Shown in pieces: positions 12,545-24,200 of a stretch of 50,047 nucleotides of DNA; positions within the stretch are counted from its first letter, which is position 1; every line of letters begins with the position of its first letter. The DNA is taken from contig JYFJ02000727.1 in NCBI GenBank assembly GCA_000934665.2, positions 62,001 to 112,047 of the forward strand. Direction: 5' to 3'. This DNA comes from Catajapyx aquilonaris. Taxonomy: Eukaryota. Made by a program: the position numbers and the translations under genes. The notes under the pieces were generated by a model. It was not told the origin of the DNA. It did no database searches and saw only the letters and a list, made by a program, of their open reading frames with translations.

Positions 12545-15200
12545 TAACATATTTTCAGTAGAAGAGTTATTGTTCTTCACTTTTTTATGCGTGTATACCG
12601 ACGAGACCTATTCTTCATCTCGATTATCTGATAATAATTGGTCTAGGGGGTTCAGCCATTTTATAAGGTAGGGGCTAATTTTTGCAAATTGGAAAATATA
12701 TCGGCGCGTCTGTAAATCTGCAATGCCTGAGAGGAAAACGCTATCCGACAGAGGCTGCATAAGACGAAACAGTAGGAAATAATAAACAACAGGCGACTAA
12801 AATAGGAAAGGTTCATATTATAATAAATATGATGGACAGCGAATACTATAATAAAATATGGCGCATAAATTCTCGATGTCTCCATCAGACATGCTGCAAA
12901 TGCTGTCTTCTTTGACAGTCTGTAGCGTATATCTGTCATGATTTGCTTACTTGAGACAAGCCGCATGCCAGTGCTAAAAAGGTTATAAAAAGGTTTTATA
13001 AAAAGTTTATAATAATTTTGTCACCAAAAAAATATCGACATCAAAATTTTTAGCTGCTGCATCTAGTTAATTAACACTTTTAACAATAATCACCTAGAGA
13101 AATTTTTCCTGAGACACACTTCTACAACTTTTTAAACTCGTGTGTTCTTCCGCTGATAGTTCAACAGCCATTTCCCATCATATGCGACAAAGAAGTTCAT
13201 CTTTCAAGATGGCGTCCAGCATAAGTAATTACAACTGTGAGCCACTGTGCATGCAGGTACGCGATTAATTCGTGTAAATATATGAGAGGCTACTAAAATA
13301 ATCAAGGGTATCATAGTACCATACATATTTGGCTGATTAATAATTCTAGCAAGAGTAAATTAATCCCTGGCTTTAGGCGTCTAAAAGAATGCATAAAGCA
13401 GTTCTGTCATTTGTGTGACACAATATATGCAACTCGGTTGTCAACTGAGAATAATGAGGACATTGGAGGTCATTTCCGACATTAATAATGAAGAGGGTGC
13501 TGGATAATCACCGGTACCAGTACTAGGATACGTAAGGACTGAAAATGCAACCCGATATACGTAACCAAACACGATACATCCTAAGTCAAAATTGCACTGG
13601 CCTTATCAGGTAATTGCCCGAACCTCCTATTTCAATTATCTAGCTAGTGTATCTAACAGCATTTTCCATCCGAGGTATAAGTTGAATAAATATAACCTAA
13701 TTTGATATCCATTACGTGTGTAAACAATACACTAAACCTTGAACTGTAGCCTACTACCAAATCTTCAACTCTACCAAAGCCTATATCATCGGGCTGATTT
13801 TAAATAATCAAAATTTAATGCACAATATTTGTTCTCAAGCCATGCTATTTTCCCTATGGCCTAGATTCACAAAAGGTAGACTATAACACTTACATTACTT
13901 ATGAGTCTCTGACACGCATACCGAGTGTAGTGCATAACTTATGGTCCTGTATAAAACGCGCAAGTATTAACTATAATCGTTACAAGTTACCTGGCATGTT
14001 TTGTGTAAACATAGGAGTGCAAGAAGGCTTATGAATAATCCCAGATTTGATAAAGCCTAATCCCTACATGCAAAGCTTGTCTTCTGGCGAGCTCCCCCCT
14101 GCGGCACAAAATTCATGTTCAGCTTATTTTTTATATCCCTAAATTAATGAAGAACAGGATTTATGTTAAAATTTTGCGTCAGTTTTGATAAAGTATATGT
14201 ACTGTGTCGGTCCCTAGCAAGGTAGTTTATAAGATGATTTAATTACAGAAAATACTACAATCAACTGTGTGACTGCTTAAATGTTTTGGTTATTTCTTAT
14301 TATGATTTACTAAAGAAAAGTGATCTTTCCCACAAAGCCTCCATTGTACTGTAGAATACACTACAAGTATTTCACTATTCCCATTGTTTCGCTGGAACCT
14401 TCACATCCCAATGTTGCTTATTTTTCAGTCCAAAATGCAGCAACTTCCAGTCTTCCATGCTGAATACAGCATATCCCTTTGTAACAAATGCAACCATGCA
14501 TATGACTGCACAAACAAGGTCCTGTTGTTAAGTAGGGTGTAGTTGGTCACGAAAATTGCACAAGCCACATTAATGAGTAAGAACAATTCCTGTAAATTCC
14601 CATATCACAAATATCCTAATGCTCGAAATGTTTAGTTCAATTTTTGAAAACTTAAGTAGTATTTCTAACCGCCTATGGCTCTATGCCTTAAGTGACTAAT
14701 AAATATTGAAGTCATCATTCCCTCTGGCAGCTTACAGAAATGGTAATCAGGATAGTTGAGTACCAACAAGTTCAAATCAGTGTAGGTCTACTCGAAATTC
14801 TGCAATTTCCTCATTCTCTGTCGCTTAGCAAATTGTACACAGCTATTTGCTCAATATCAATATTTGCCATGTCTAATGCAACTTGCATTAATGACTGGAA
14901 ATTATGCGCAGTAACAATGGAACATAATGTAGCTCTTGCAACGACTTGAATAAATGTGTGCATGCAAATTACACCATGTCCTATGAGGATGAACCACAAC
15001 ACTAACAAATGCAACTTACTTGTTTTTTTATATTAATCCAATGCGCCTCCTGTAAGCATTGTGTTGATCACAGATGATTCATTTTTTTCCCCCTTTCACT
15101 GGACATGCATTATCACAATCTCACTAGCTACAGAAGGCAATGAACCTCAATATTGCCATCATAGCCCCCTGATCCTATCCAGCACTTCTCGCTATATTCA

Positions 15201-15365
15201 CCAACACTCAGCACCACACTTTTAATAGGTCGACCTATGTACTTTATTTCTATGCACCATCAAGATTGAAGGATCAGTAAAATTTGAATATATCAGGGTA
15301 GGTGAACTCAAATATATGACACAGGTAATTTCATTTTGCAGCTGCAATGCAATGTACAATTTATT
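15201..15365 (-). terminator. Polyadenylation signals of the BTG gene
   Basis: Minus-strand AATAAA at 15365-15360, flanked by TGTA motifs, and at 15248-15243. The latter is followed ~25 nt downstream by a GU-rich tract, GTGTGGTGCTGAGTGTTGGTG. This implies a 3'UTR of ~1.35-1.47 kb. Confidence 0.55.
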
Positions 15366-16692
15366 GACTGTACAAAACGTCTTTATGGATGGTTCGAACG
15401 TTCTCTCTAGAACACAAAAAAAGGAAAAAAAAAATATCCTGTACATAAAAGACATTATCATACAAGAACGAAAGCATGCACCAACATCCGAGTTACACAT
15501 CACCTGATATCGCTACATGAAACTTGGCAGAAAGCAAAAAACTCTCGCAGAAGCATGTAACAAAAAAAAAGGAAAATCTATGCGGCCATTGAAAGAAAAA
15601 TACTGCGACTAATTGAAAAATCACAGGCAATTCCAAGTTTGTACCATTAGGGCCATCAATGGCTAGTTAATCATTAAGAGAACGTTTTTCCCATGTAAGA
15701 GAATTGCAATTCCATGATACACAGAGTCAAGAAATCTCCAATTGTGATCCAAAATTCGATATAATTGATGTTTTTTATGCACTGAATTTTCTAAGTACAT
15801 GAGATTACCCTGTTAAATAGTCAGTCCTGCTTCTTATTTACATCACAATTTGAACTCGCACGACACAGGTAACACAGCATACAGCAAGTATGATACACAA
15901 ACATCCGCCACGTTGCTTTGTACAAAAAAAAATACACCTCACAGTTCTTCAGTCTTTCAGTTATCAAAATTGTTGGCAGCATGCAGACTCTGTGCAAAAT
16001 GTGATATAATTAAAAAACACGATTGGCCATTTAACCAGGTTCTCTCCAAAAGTCCAGGTCCATTCCCATATTAAGCTCCGGATCGGATTGGCGGTACCAG
16101 GTGTGCTTTCCTTCACAGCAAGGAGGTGGTGGGGATAATGGGGAAGGGAATAAGGGGGTATGTATAGGAGGATTAAAAACAATCAAGACACAAGGGGATA
16201 AACTCGTGGTGCTCCTCGGGCAGGGTCAAAGGGGGTCCCAGGATTACCGGGGCAAAAAGGTTTTTTGGGGGCCAAGAAGGAATATTTTTTCTCTTTTTTT
16301 CTCTCTTCTTTTTTTATATCTTGTGTTGGTCCCTGATTGTACTGACTGGTTTTGGAGCTGCAACGTGCGTTTAAAAAACCATGAGATCACAGTAGCCATC
16401 ATCTAGTCCGTGCTCGGCGGGGTCACCAGGTAGGGGTTGTTGAGTGAGGGTAAAAGGTTCGGGTGGGAACGTAGGTGATTTTCGGTGGAATCTTAGCGAT
16501 GCAGAGGGTTTAAAAAACGAAAAATGGGGATAAAATGGTAAATGTGGACTGGATGTCAGCAAGCAAGGAGCTTTCGTGGGATGGAGGTGGGGTGTTGTTA
16601 TTTTTTTTTGGTTTTTTTTTTCTTTTTTTGTGTATGGTGGTACTGGGTGGTCACCTCAACAACCCCGAGCAACCGGGTCCATGGGGTGGTGC

Positions 16693-17265
16693 TCAACTGG
16701 ACACGTAGGCGGCGAATGGCTCCAGTTTCTGGACGGCCGTCCGCGGATCCAGGAAGAAGTTGAAGCTCCTGAGGGAATCCTTGCAGCTGGTGTCTTTGGG
16801 CGGCGGCGATGGTCTGGGCGGCGAGGGCGGCGGAGGCGACGGCCCGGCGGACGACGGGGACGTGATGGCCTCAGAGAATGACTCGCTCAGCACAGCCGTT
16901 CCGTCCTTCTTCTCCTCGAACAGCACGCAGATGGACCCGTTCTCACCGATGCGGTACGACACCTCCTTCGGGTCGATCCACATGGTCAGCTCGCTCGGGA
17001 ACAGAGAGCGGAGGTGGCCGTTGGACAGCCCGCACAGGTCCCCCGCCTGGATGATCAGCGGGTCCATCTTGCCGTTGATACGGATGCACCGGTACCCGGA
17101 CCCCTTGAACGGACGCTCAGGAAACCAGTGGTCATGGTACCGTCGCCTCAGCAGGTCAATCAGGGTGTTTTTGAACTCCTCCAGCTGGCCATCCACTAGG
17201 AGGGTGTTGTTCAGGCGGACCAGCTGGACCAAGAAGTTGGCCGCCGAATGGATCTCCAATCGCAT
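16693..17265 (-). CDS. BTG: BTG/Tob (APRO) family antiproliferative protein, BTG1/BTG2-like, 190 aa, intronless
   Basis: Box A YHDHWFPERPFKGSGYRCIRIN, Box B FPSELTMWIDPKEVSYRIGE and a box C-like NGSICVLFEE are present. The C-terminus is short, ending SCKDSL...AAYVSS, with no long Tob-type PAM2 tail. Codons are GC3-rich, and ATG and stop are intact. Confidence 0.97.
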   Translation of the reverse strand: MRLEIHSAANFLVQLVRLNNTLLVDGQLEEFKNTLIDLLRRRYHDHWFPERPFKGSGYRCIRINGKMDPLIIQAGDLCGLSNGHLRSLFPSELTMWIDPKEVSYRIGENGSICVLFEEKKDGTAVLSESFSEAITSPSSAGPSPPPPSPPRPSPPPKDTSCKDSLRSFNFFLDPRTAVQKLEPFAAYVSS

Positions 17266-17640
17266 AATTTGTTGGTGGGTAATGTGTAAGTCCTTTTAGT
17301 CTCTGCTACCGTCTCACCTCCACAACTCGCCTCGCAATGGTGCTGCTGCTACGACAAAATGGCGGCCGATGGCCGACAATATGGCAGTTCGCTCTCTCCT
17401 CCGCCTCCCGGAGCCACTTTGCTGACCGAATTTTCACAGCCACAACTGCCACCACCGCGATGCACGGTCACCGTCGAGCAACTTTTTTTTTTTGAAGTAT
17501 CACAACCGTCGCGGCAGGTCCGGCCCAGAGATCCTTGGCGAAAAGTAATCCGGACTAGCGCACAGGCGTTGACTTGAACTGACTTGACTTTTGGTATGTG
17601 TTGAGGACTGTCCCCGCGGGTAGGTATCACGTACAGCAGA

Positions 17641-17652
17641 TCAGGGGTCCAT
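17641..17652 (-). promoter_or_regulatory. 3-codon uORF (Met-Asp-Pro-stop) in the predicted BTG 5'UTR
   Basis: Minus strand ATG GAC CCC TGA. It is the only upstream ATG I found between the predicted Inr (17752) and the main ATG. Confidence 0.45.
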
Positions 17653-17748
17653 TTGTAGTTTTGTAGGGGGGGAGGTCGGGGGGTGGGGGGGACTAAATAT
17701 TAGGAGATCACCCGACCGCACGTCCTCACAGCTCTCTCGACTCTCTAG

Positions 17749-18210
17749 CACTGAGAAGGTTCTGGGTTCGCTGTTCGGTCCCTACTGCTCCTTTGTCCGA
17801 GGGGGAGAACCTGCTTCTGACGTCACGGGCGTGGGGGTACCACGTCATCCTCGCCTTCCAACCGGGACGACCAATGGGAAGCCTCGCTCTCCCTCTCCCC
17901 ATCTCCCCCTCCCCCCAACCCCTGCCCTCCGCACCCCATCCCTCCCTCCCTCCCTCCCTCCCTCCCTCCCTACTTTTTTAGTCATCTGCTTCCCAGTAAA
18001 CAACACGAAGGCTGAAGGGGGAAGCGGGGGGAGAACCGGGATAGGGGGAACCACCCTCCCACCCACCCACACTCAGGAGATCGAAACCTTCCAGCACTAC
18101 AAAACATTGGGCATGGAAATACACAGTGTGTGATACGCGTCACACCATCCAATTAATATGAAAATTTTCAATGACGTCACCGCTACTAAATGTACACAAA
18201 AATGACGTCA
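17749..18210 (-). promoter_or_regulatory. BTG proximal promoter: Inr-like TCAGTG, CRE sites, CCAAT box, G/C tract
   Basis: Minus-strand TCAGTG at 17754-17749 (arthropod Inr-like). TGACGTCA at 17818-17825, 18172-18179 and 18203-18210. Half-CRE CACGTCA at 17841. CCAAT at 17871. (CCCT)n tract ~17890-17970. Confidence 0.6.
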
Positions 18211-21200
18211 TTAGCAGTATTTTTTGTATAAAAAAGGGAGTACCCTGGGTGCACTTGGGTGGTATGTCATGTAGTGATGTAGACATGGCATACCACCTGA
18301 TTGATTGTATGGGGAATGTACTATACAGTATTTCGCACATGCTCAAAAGAGAGGGGACCTGGATCGTTGCGGAGAACCTTTGCGAATTACGCCAAAAGCA
18401 TTCAAAGATTCAAGGCACATTGCTGCACACGTACTTATTGATCGAGCGGTGTGTGTGGCCATTACTTCTGTATGCATATGGCTAAGGCCCGCGTCCCTTG
18501 GAAGGTTATGAAACTCTGTTGGCCCATACGGGCTACCTCGGTCCTCGGAAATGCTGGGGACTTCCTTTATCCCTCACATCAGTAAACCAGCTTGGATATA
18601 GGCTACCGCGTTTTGCAACGTAGTATTTGTGTGTGTGTGTCGTGCTGAGAAAATTAATATCAGTTATTGACTGCGCACATGATGAGTAACACTGCTTGAT
18701 ACGGCAATCAGACAGCAGGCAATCACAAATGCCAAATCATTAGTATTACCATTGTGAGATCAATGTCGACGTCAAAACAGCTAGAACAGTAACAAATCTG
18801 CATATTCATGAAGTATAATATTGTTAGAGTAAACATTGTTGGAAATGGAATGCTACAAACATGCCACCATCTATTTCTGGTCAAGTCCTGAACTTAGACG
18901 TGAGGTTTGTCCGCTGTTTTGTTAAAATAAGTTCGAACCGAAATTCACGATGCTTACTTATCAAAATTAATCCAGTTGCCTTGTAAGAGTTTAGAGGTAA
19001 TCAGTGACAGGACGTTACACACAGTATCTAAAGTGAAGTTCGAAGTAAGAAACGGACGATGACGTCACTCAGGATGCTTATGTGAACTTTACATCCCCAG
19101 ATGTCCTTAGATGCACATACCGTTACTGCGTTACTAATGAAAAAGCCCTGACAATATGACAGGTTGCCACGACAACGCACTTCAGAGGCAACAATAAACC
19201 GCCTCCTGCGACACTGGTATGTAATGGGCAGGCAGCACAGTTCTCCTGGCAACAGCATCCAGCATATTTTCAAATTTTTCTAATACTGTACCAGTAGAGG
19301 TCTTTACGTTGCATCGCTAGGCTTCTTCAGAAACACTCAAAATGGCGTCTGCCTCTTTTTGAGAGCAAGAAAAAAAGGAAAATTTGCTCCAAACTTGCTC
19401 CAAACCGGATATATGTATACGTGGCTAGAAGGTCTTTCAAGTGAGAATAGGAGAAAATCACAAGCTGCACTGTAAAAATCTACATCAAAATGCGTCCAAT
19501 TCAAATTATGCCCAATTTCATTTTCTTGCACAGCCTTAACGATCGATAACGATTACTCACTATCTCAATATTATTTGAGGAGGGTTGTGAAAGTTTTACA
19601 ATATTAAAAATTATAAATGCTGGAAGCGACACTAGTAATGCAAGAGATTATCTCTAACCCCACACCACCATTTCTAATAAAATTCATGGCTCCGCCATGA
19701 CGCTATGTTAAAAAAAGAACCACATAGTCACATACAGACACATACTTGTTTTTCTATATAGTGCAGAATATTTACATTAGCATAGCATACATGTTTCTGA
19801 GATCAATACAATATACCATGAATAAAGGAGCATGACGCCATCCACTCACAATCAGCAGCATATACAGAGCACCGAATAAATAACTTAGAGCAAGTGCCGC
19901 AATTCAGCCTCGAACATGCAATACCATCGCACCACCTGCTCAGAATGTGTGACTGAAGCAACCAGAATTCCAACACTTTAAAGCGTTCACCTGGTCATGA
20001 ACCCTTCCCGATCAATAATTTCATTCTGATCGAACATTCCACGTACATATTCGCACATGCTGCAACAACCCCCATGAGGCATTCAATTAGCCGCACCGAC
20101 GCCCTAAAGCGAACTTGCTGTTGACATTTTGAAGTGTCTCCTTGATATAAACCAGATAGATACGGACCTTTGGCATTGACTCTAACTTGAATACAAAGGG
20201 GCAACCAACTTCCCGGCAGGACATGCGCCTAGAAAGTCTAAGGTGTCAAGGAAAGAAAAAAAAAAAACTCGAAGGCGAGATAAATAAATAAGCAACCCAC
20301 ACCATCGCCTCGACGACTTGGCCCATTCCAAATCAACTTTCCAAGATAGCTTCATCGAGCTTTCCACAATCGGAAAGTTCCCTTTATGTGTCAAGTGGGG
20401 TGGCCTCAGCCGAAACGTAGTCGCAGCCGAAATGGCACTTTCTAGCACGCAGACACGCACACCCATGTACGAAGTGCGTGCAACCCTCCACCCACACATG
20501 CCCTCCCACCTAATAGTTTTGGAAACACATACACGCACAGGGCCAAGGCAGGTGCGTAGGTGGTGTACCTGAGGATGTTATTTAAAAACGCACTCCTAGT
20601 ATGGGAAGGAGGCCATAGTGGGAGCTAACGATGAGGCCTCCAGGTATGAAGCCAAGATGGCAACTTGCAACCCTGAACACAAAAAAAGGCTGGAAAAAAA
20701 CTGGTAGGGTGAGATTGAAGGTTGGGGATAATAACAGGTAGCCTAGCAATCATGGGAAGGGTAGCACCACTTTTTTATGGCTGGAAAGCGAGACAAAGCT
20801 CTAGTTTGAAATTTTTATTGTGCATTTAATACTACGTCAGAATTGAAATACTATGCAATCGGCCTCTTCCGGCCATCTTTGGAAAAATCCCCAATTCTGG
20901 TCCTCGGTAAACATCCCTGCCTGCAATACAGGGTGGCTCACTGTCCAAGCACCCAGCAGGAGGTATGATACATAAGCAGTGAATTGTTTACCCCACAATT
21001 TAAAATCTGGCACCACGAATTAAACTTGTTTTTTTTTTTTGCCCCCCAAAAAAGCTTCGCAAATCCACCATGGGGAATTGACTCTGCTCCACCCTATACT
21101 ATAAATACGAAATAAAAGTACTTAGAGCCGTGCCTCGCCCACCAGAATGCTGCACACGTTTACACACGTTTCATTCACTCACGACGATTGGTTCTCCGGT

Positions 21201-24200
21201 GATGGTCTCATTAGTCGTGAACTGATTGTAAATATCGCGATTTACCCACCAGAAAACGCACGCCCTGCCCTTGAAGCTTTAAACCCACCCCATGTTTTGC
21301 GCTAGATTGATCATTTAAACGGCCACGTCTAGTCCAACCAAAAATCGATTAGCATAATTACCCAAATCGCAACCAATAGTAATATGCAAAACTTGGCCGG
21401 CATTTACTTGATGTCAGCCACACTAACAGAGGGGCCCATTTCAATGCTTTATTTTGGTATTGAGGTCGCTGTGGCAATTTCAGCGCTGATAAATCATCCC
21501 TCGGCAGTACGCGTCCCCCCCCCCCCCTCTCTCTGTAAACCCTCAATAGCCGCCTGAACTTTTATCGCAGCCTATAGTCGCCCAGTCGATAAAGGCACAC
21601 GTGCAGGAACCAAACCTACAAGAGTTCTGCTTTAGCGGCTCAAACTACTAGATTACAATCGCACCCGTTTTGCTATTTGAAAACGGATTTATACCGTGTA
21701 CTGAGGGAATAAATCAGCAGTCGTGCTGGGCAACAACGAACATCGACTGCAATTTATCAACCTGTCCACGGAGGCTCCCAGACGTGCCGGTCCTACTGAC
21801 AACTCTCCAACCCCAACTCCGCCATCCCAGTTCCCCCTGCCAAGTCAATAAAACCAAGAAAACTTGACCCAGGGTTCTATCTACCCCCAGGGTTTCCAAC
21901 CTTCAAAAAAAAAACACCCTGGCAACATTGCAGTTATGGCCCAGCTGTTGTTTTTTCCCCTGTCCTTCCAAAGGTCTACCATGCATACAGGCAGACATTT
22001 TGCAGGCAGCGAAACCGAACCTCCGCCCTACAGAAGGAGCCCTGGATATCTGCGGCTCCTGTAACACAGACTGCGCCATCAGGGCCCTTTGTTGTCGCAA
22101 GGCCTCATCTCTCGGGAAGACCCCCCCAAACTCCGTCTCTCCTCTTTCCGTATAAATTACCTGAATGGCTGCTCCGGCACCAAGGTGCCCATTCGTCTGT
22201 TGTAATTAAGACGGCCTGCTTTTCCGGGATTCATGGATTTTCTGAGGTGGAAACACTGCACTCATTTGAGTCGTTGGGGGGTTGGCAATCGCATCTTACT
22301 GCAATTATATTTCATGCAGAGTTGGTCATTTGCGTGGCCTCCATCAATTTTTGCTCTTAATTAACATATAGCTGTGGGAACTTTCATAATATCCAACTTA
22401 TTCAAACTAGGCTATGATATGATGTAAAAACCAGAACAAGAAGGAGAATAACACTTCAAAAAAAAAAAAAAAATCTTGCGTGAATGCCATAACTTGCTAC
22501 AATCCTGGATAAATTTTTTTGTGGATAAATGCAACGCTTAGGTGAATGATTCATCCACATCCACTGCGCAAAATGATGTTCTGGAATCGCGATGACCTTG
22601 CGTGTTGCGAATGTAGCTACACTTTAAAACAAAACGATGCGCTTGTGGTTTCTCAAGCACGACTTTACCCGGGAAGAAGAGCAATTTTCGGCAGAGGAAA
22701 AAAAGAAAGAAAGAGGCTTAGGGAAAACATGGAAGGTATTCGGCTCACTTCCTTCGGCGCAACTGCTGTTCTATGGCAAATGGCCTACCGTATACCCGAA
22801 AAAATTTCCCCTCTCGCTTCCACCCGTAAATCACGGGATGAAACAATACCAGAGTCGTTATAGTCATAGTTTCTGCACGTCCAAAATTCCTTCGTGTCTC
22901 GAAGACCACCAATTCCTTCCTGAAAAACGGTCCAATTAAGAATGTTGTAATAACTCCTTAATCACGGGAGTAAATTTATGACGAGACAAAATCTACGCCT
23001 TCAAAGGAACAAAAGGCAATATAACGCTTTCTTGTCTTCTACAGGGAGTTCGCTTCCCTCTGACAGTAGTTGCAGGGCACGAATTCTATCCTTCTATATT
23101 CCAATAACGTGTTTGACAGTCTCACAATTTCAGCAACAGCAACTGTAGAATCGATTCGCTGCAGGCCTAATGGAATTAAACACTGGCATAATAACTATTG
23201 TACGTTTTTCAATGTACCTACTTTTTTCATACCAAAGCATCGATCTAGAGACCATACACGGCACGTACAACTTACATTGTACATGCACATTCGCCGGTTA
23301 AAAAAAAATCTGCAAATCATCATGAGAACGTACTGCAGTATAATTCTAAACAATATACTAAATCGAGGTAACAATGACCAGACATTTTATAGAAGCTTAT
23401 TGCACCGCATCCAGTTTTTTGCCTGCACGCACACAGTGTAAGTTTATAGTAGGTCTTTTCAGCCCAAATTGAATAGATGCTAAAATGGAAGTAACACAAA
23501 AGAGCTGTTATTCGGGCACAAGCTTCAATGAAACGCTGTTAATTGATGTTGATGCACCGCACACAGCTCCGAGCATAGGATTCCAGATCCACAGTCTCCG
23601 CCCAGCTACGCCATTTTCCAAGCTTATTCAGATAGGCGGATCTATCATTATGAGATAATGCTGGTAGTTGTTTACATGCCCAAATACAAAGGTGGGCCCG
23701 TCGTTTCCTCAAACAAACGTCAAATCGGATATCTTCCCCCACCCCCACCCTACATGGAATTCAGCCTAAAACAACTCCCAGCCCCATCACGCCAAATGAA
23801 GTAATGCCATTCTCCAGGCTGCCTGGCCGAAACACGCACGAAATAATAATAATGCATGGAAGCGGAAGGCTTTTGCATCCATCGCGTTCCCATCTTGAGA
23901 CTTCCTACGTAGTGATTTCTCAGATGGGTATCGCTGCTCCCCCGTACCCCGTCTTCCATGGAATAAAGATGAACTCGTGTTATCCACCGTGCAGAGAGTG
24001 ACGTCGATGTCGTCAACTGTGTCTGAAGACGATTGGCAGACTGCCTTCGGGCAGCCATTGACATAACTATAACGACACACAAGTCCCATATACCTGGCTC
24101 GCAGGCCGGAAAATAAAATATATTCCGGAGAGTAACGAACCCTCGCGGCATGACGGGAACACGCTTCGAAATTCTCTCAGCAGAAGGTTAAGCACATTTC

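Noticed and set aside
16760..17299. 179-aa plus-strand ORF overlapping BTG
   Set aside because: Antisense shadow of a GC3-rich CDS. It starts at TTG and has no recognisable domain.
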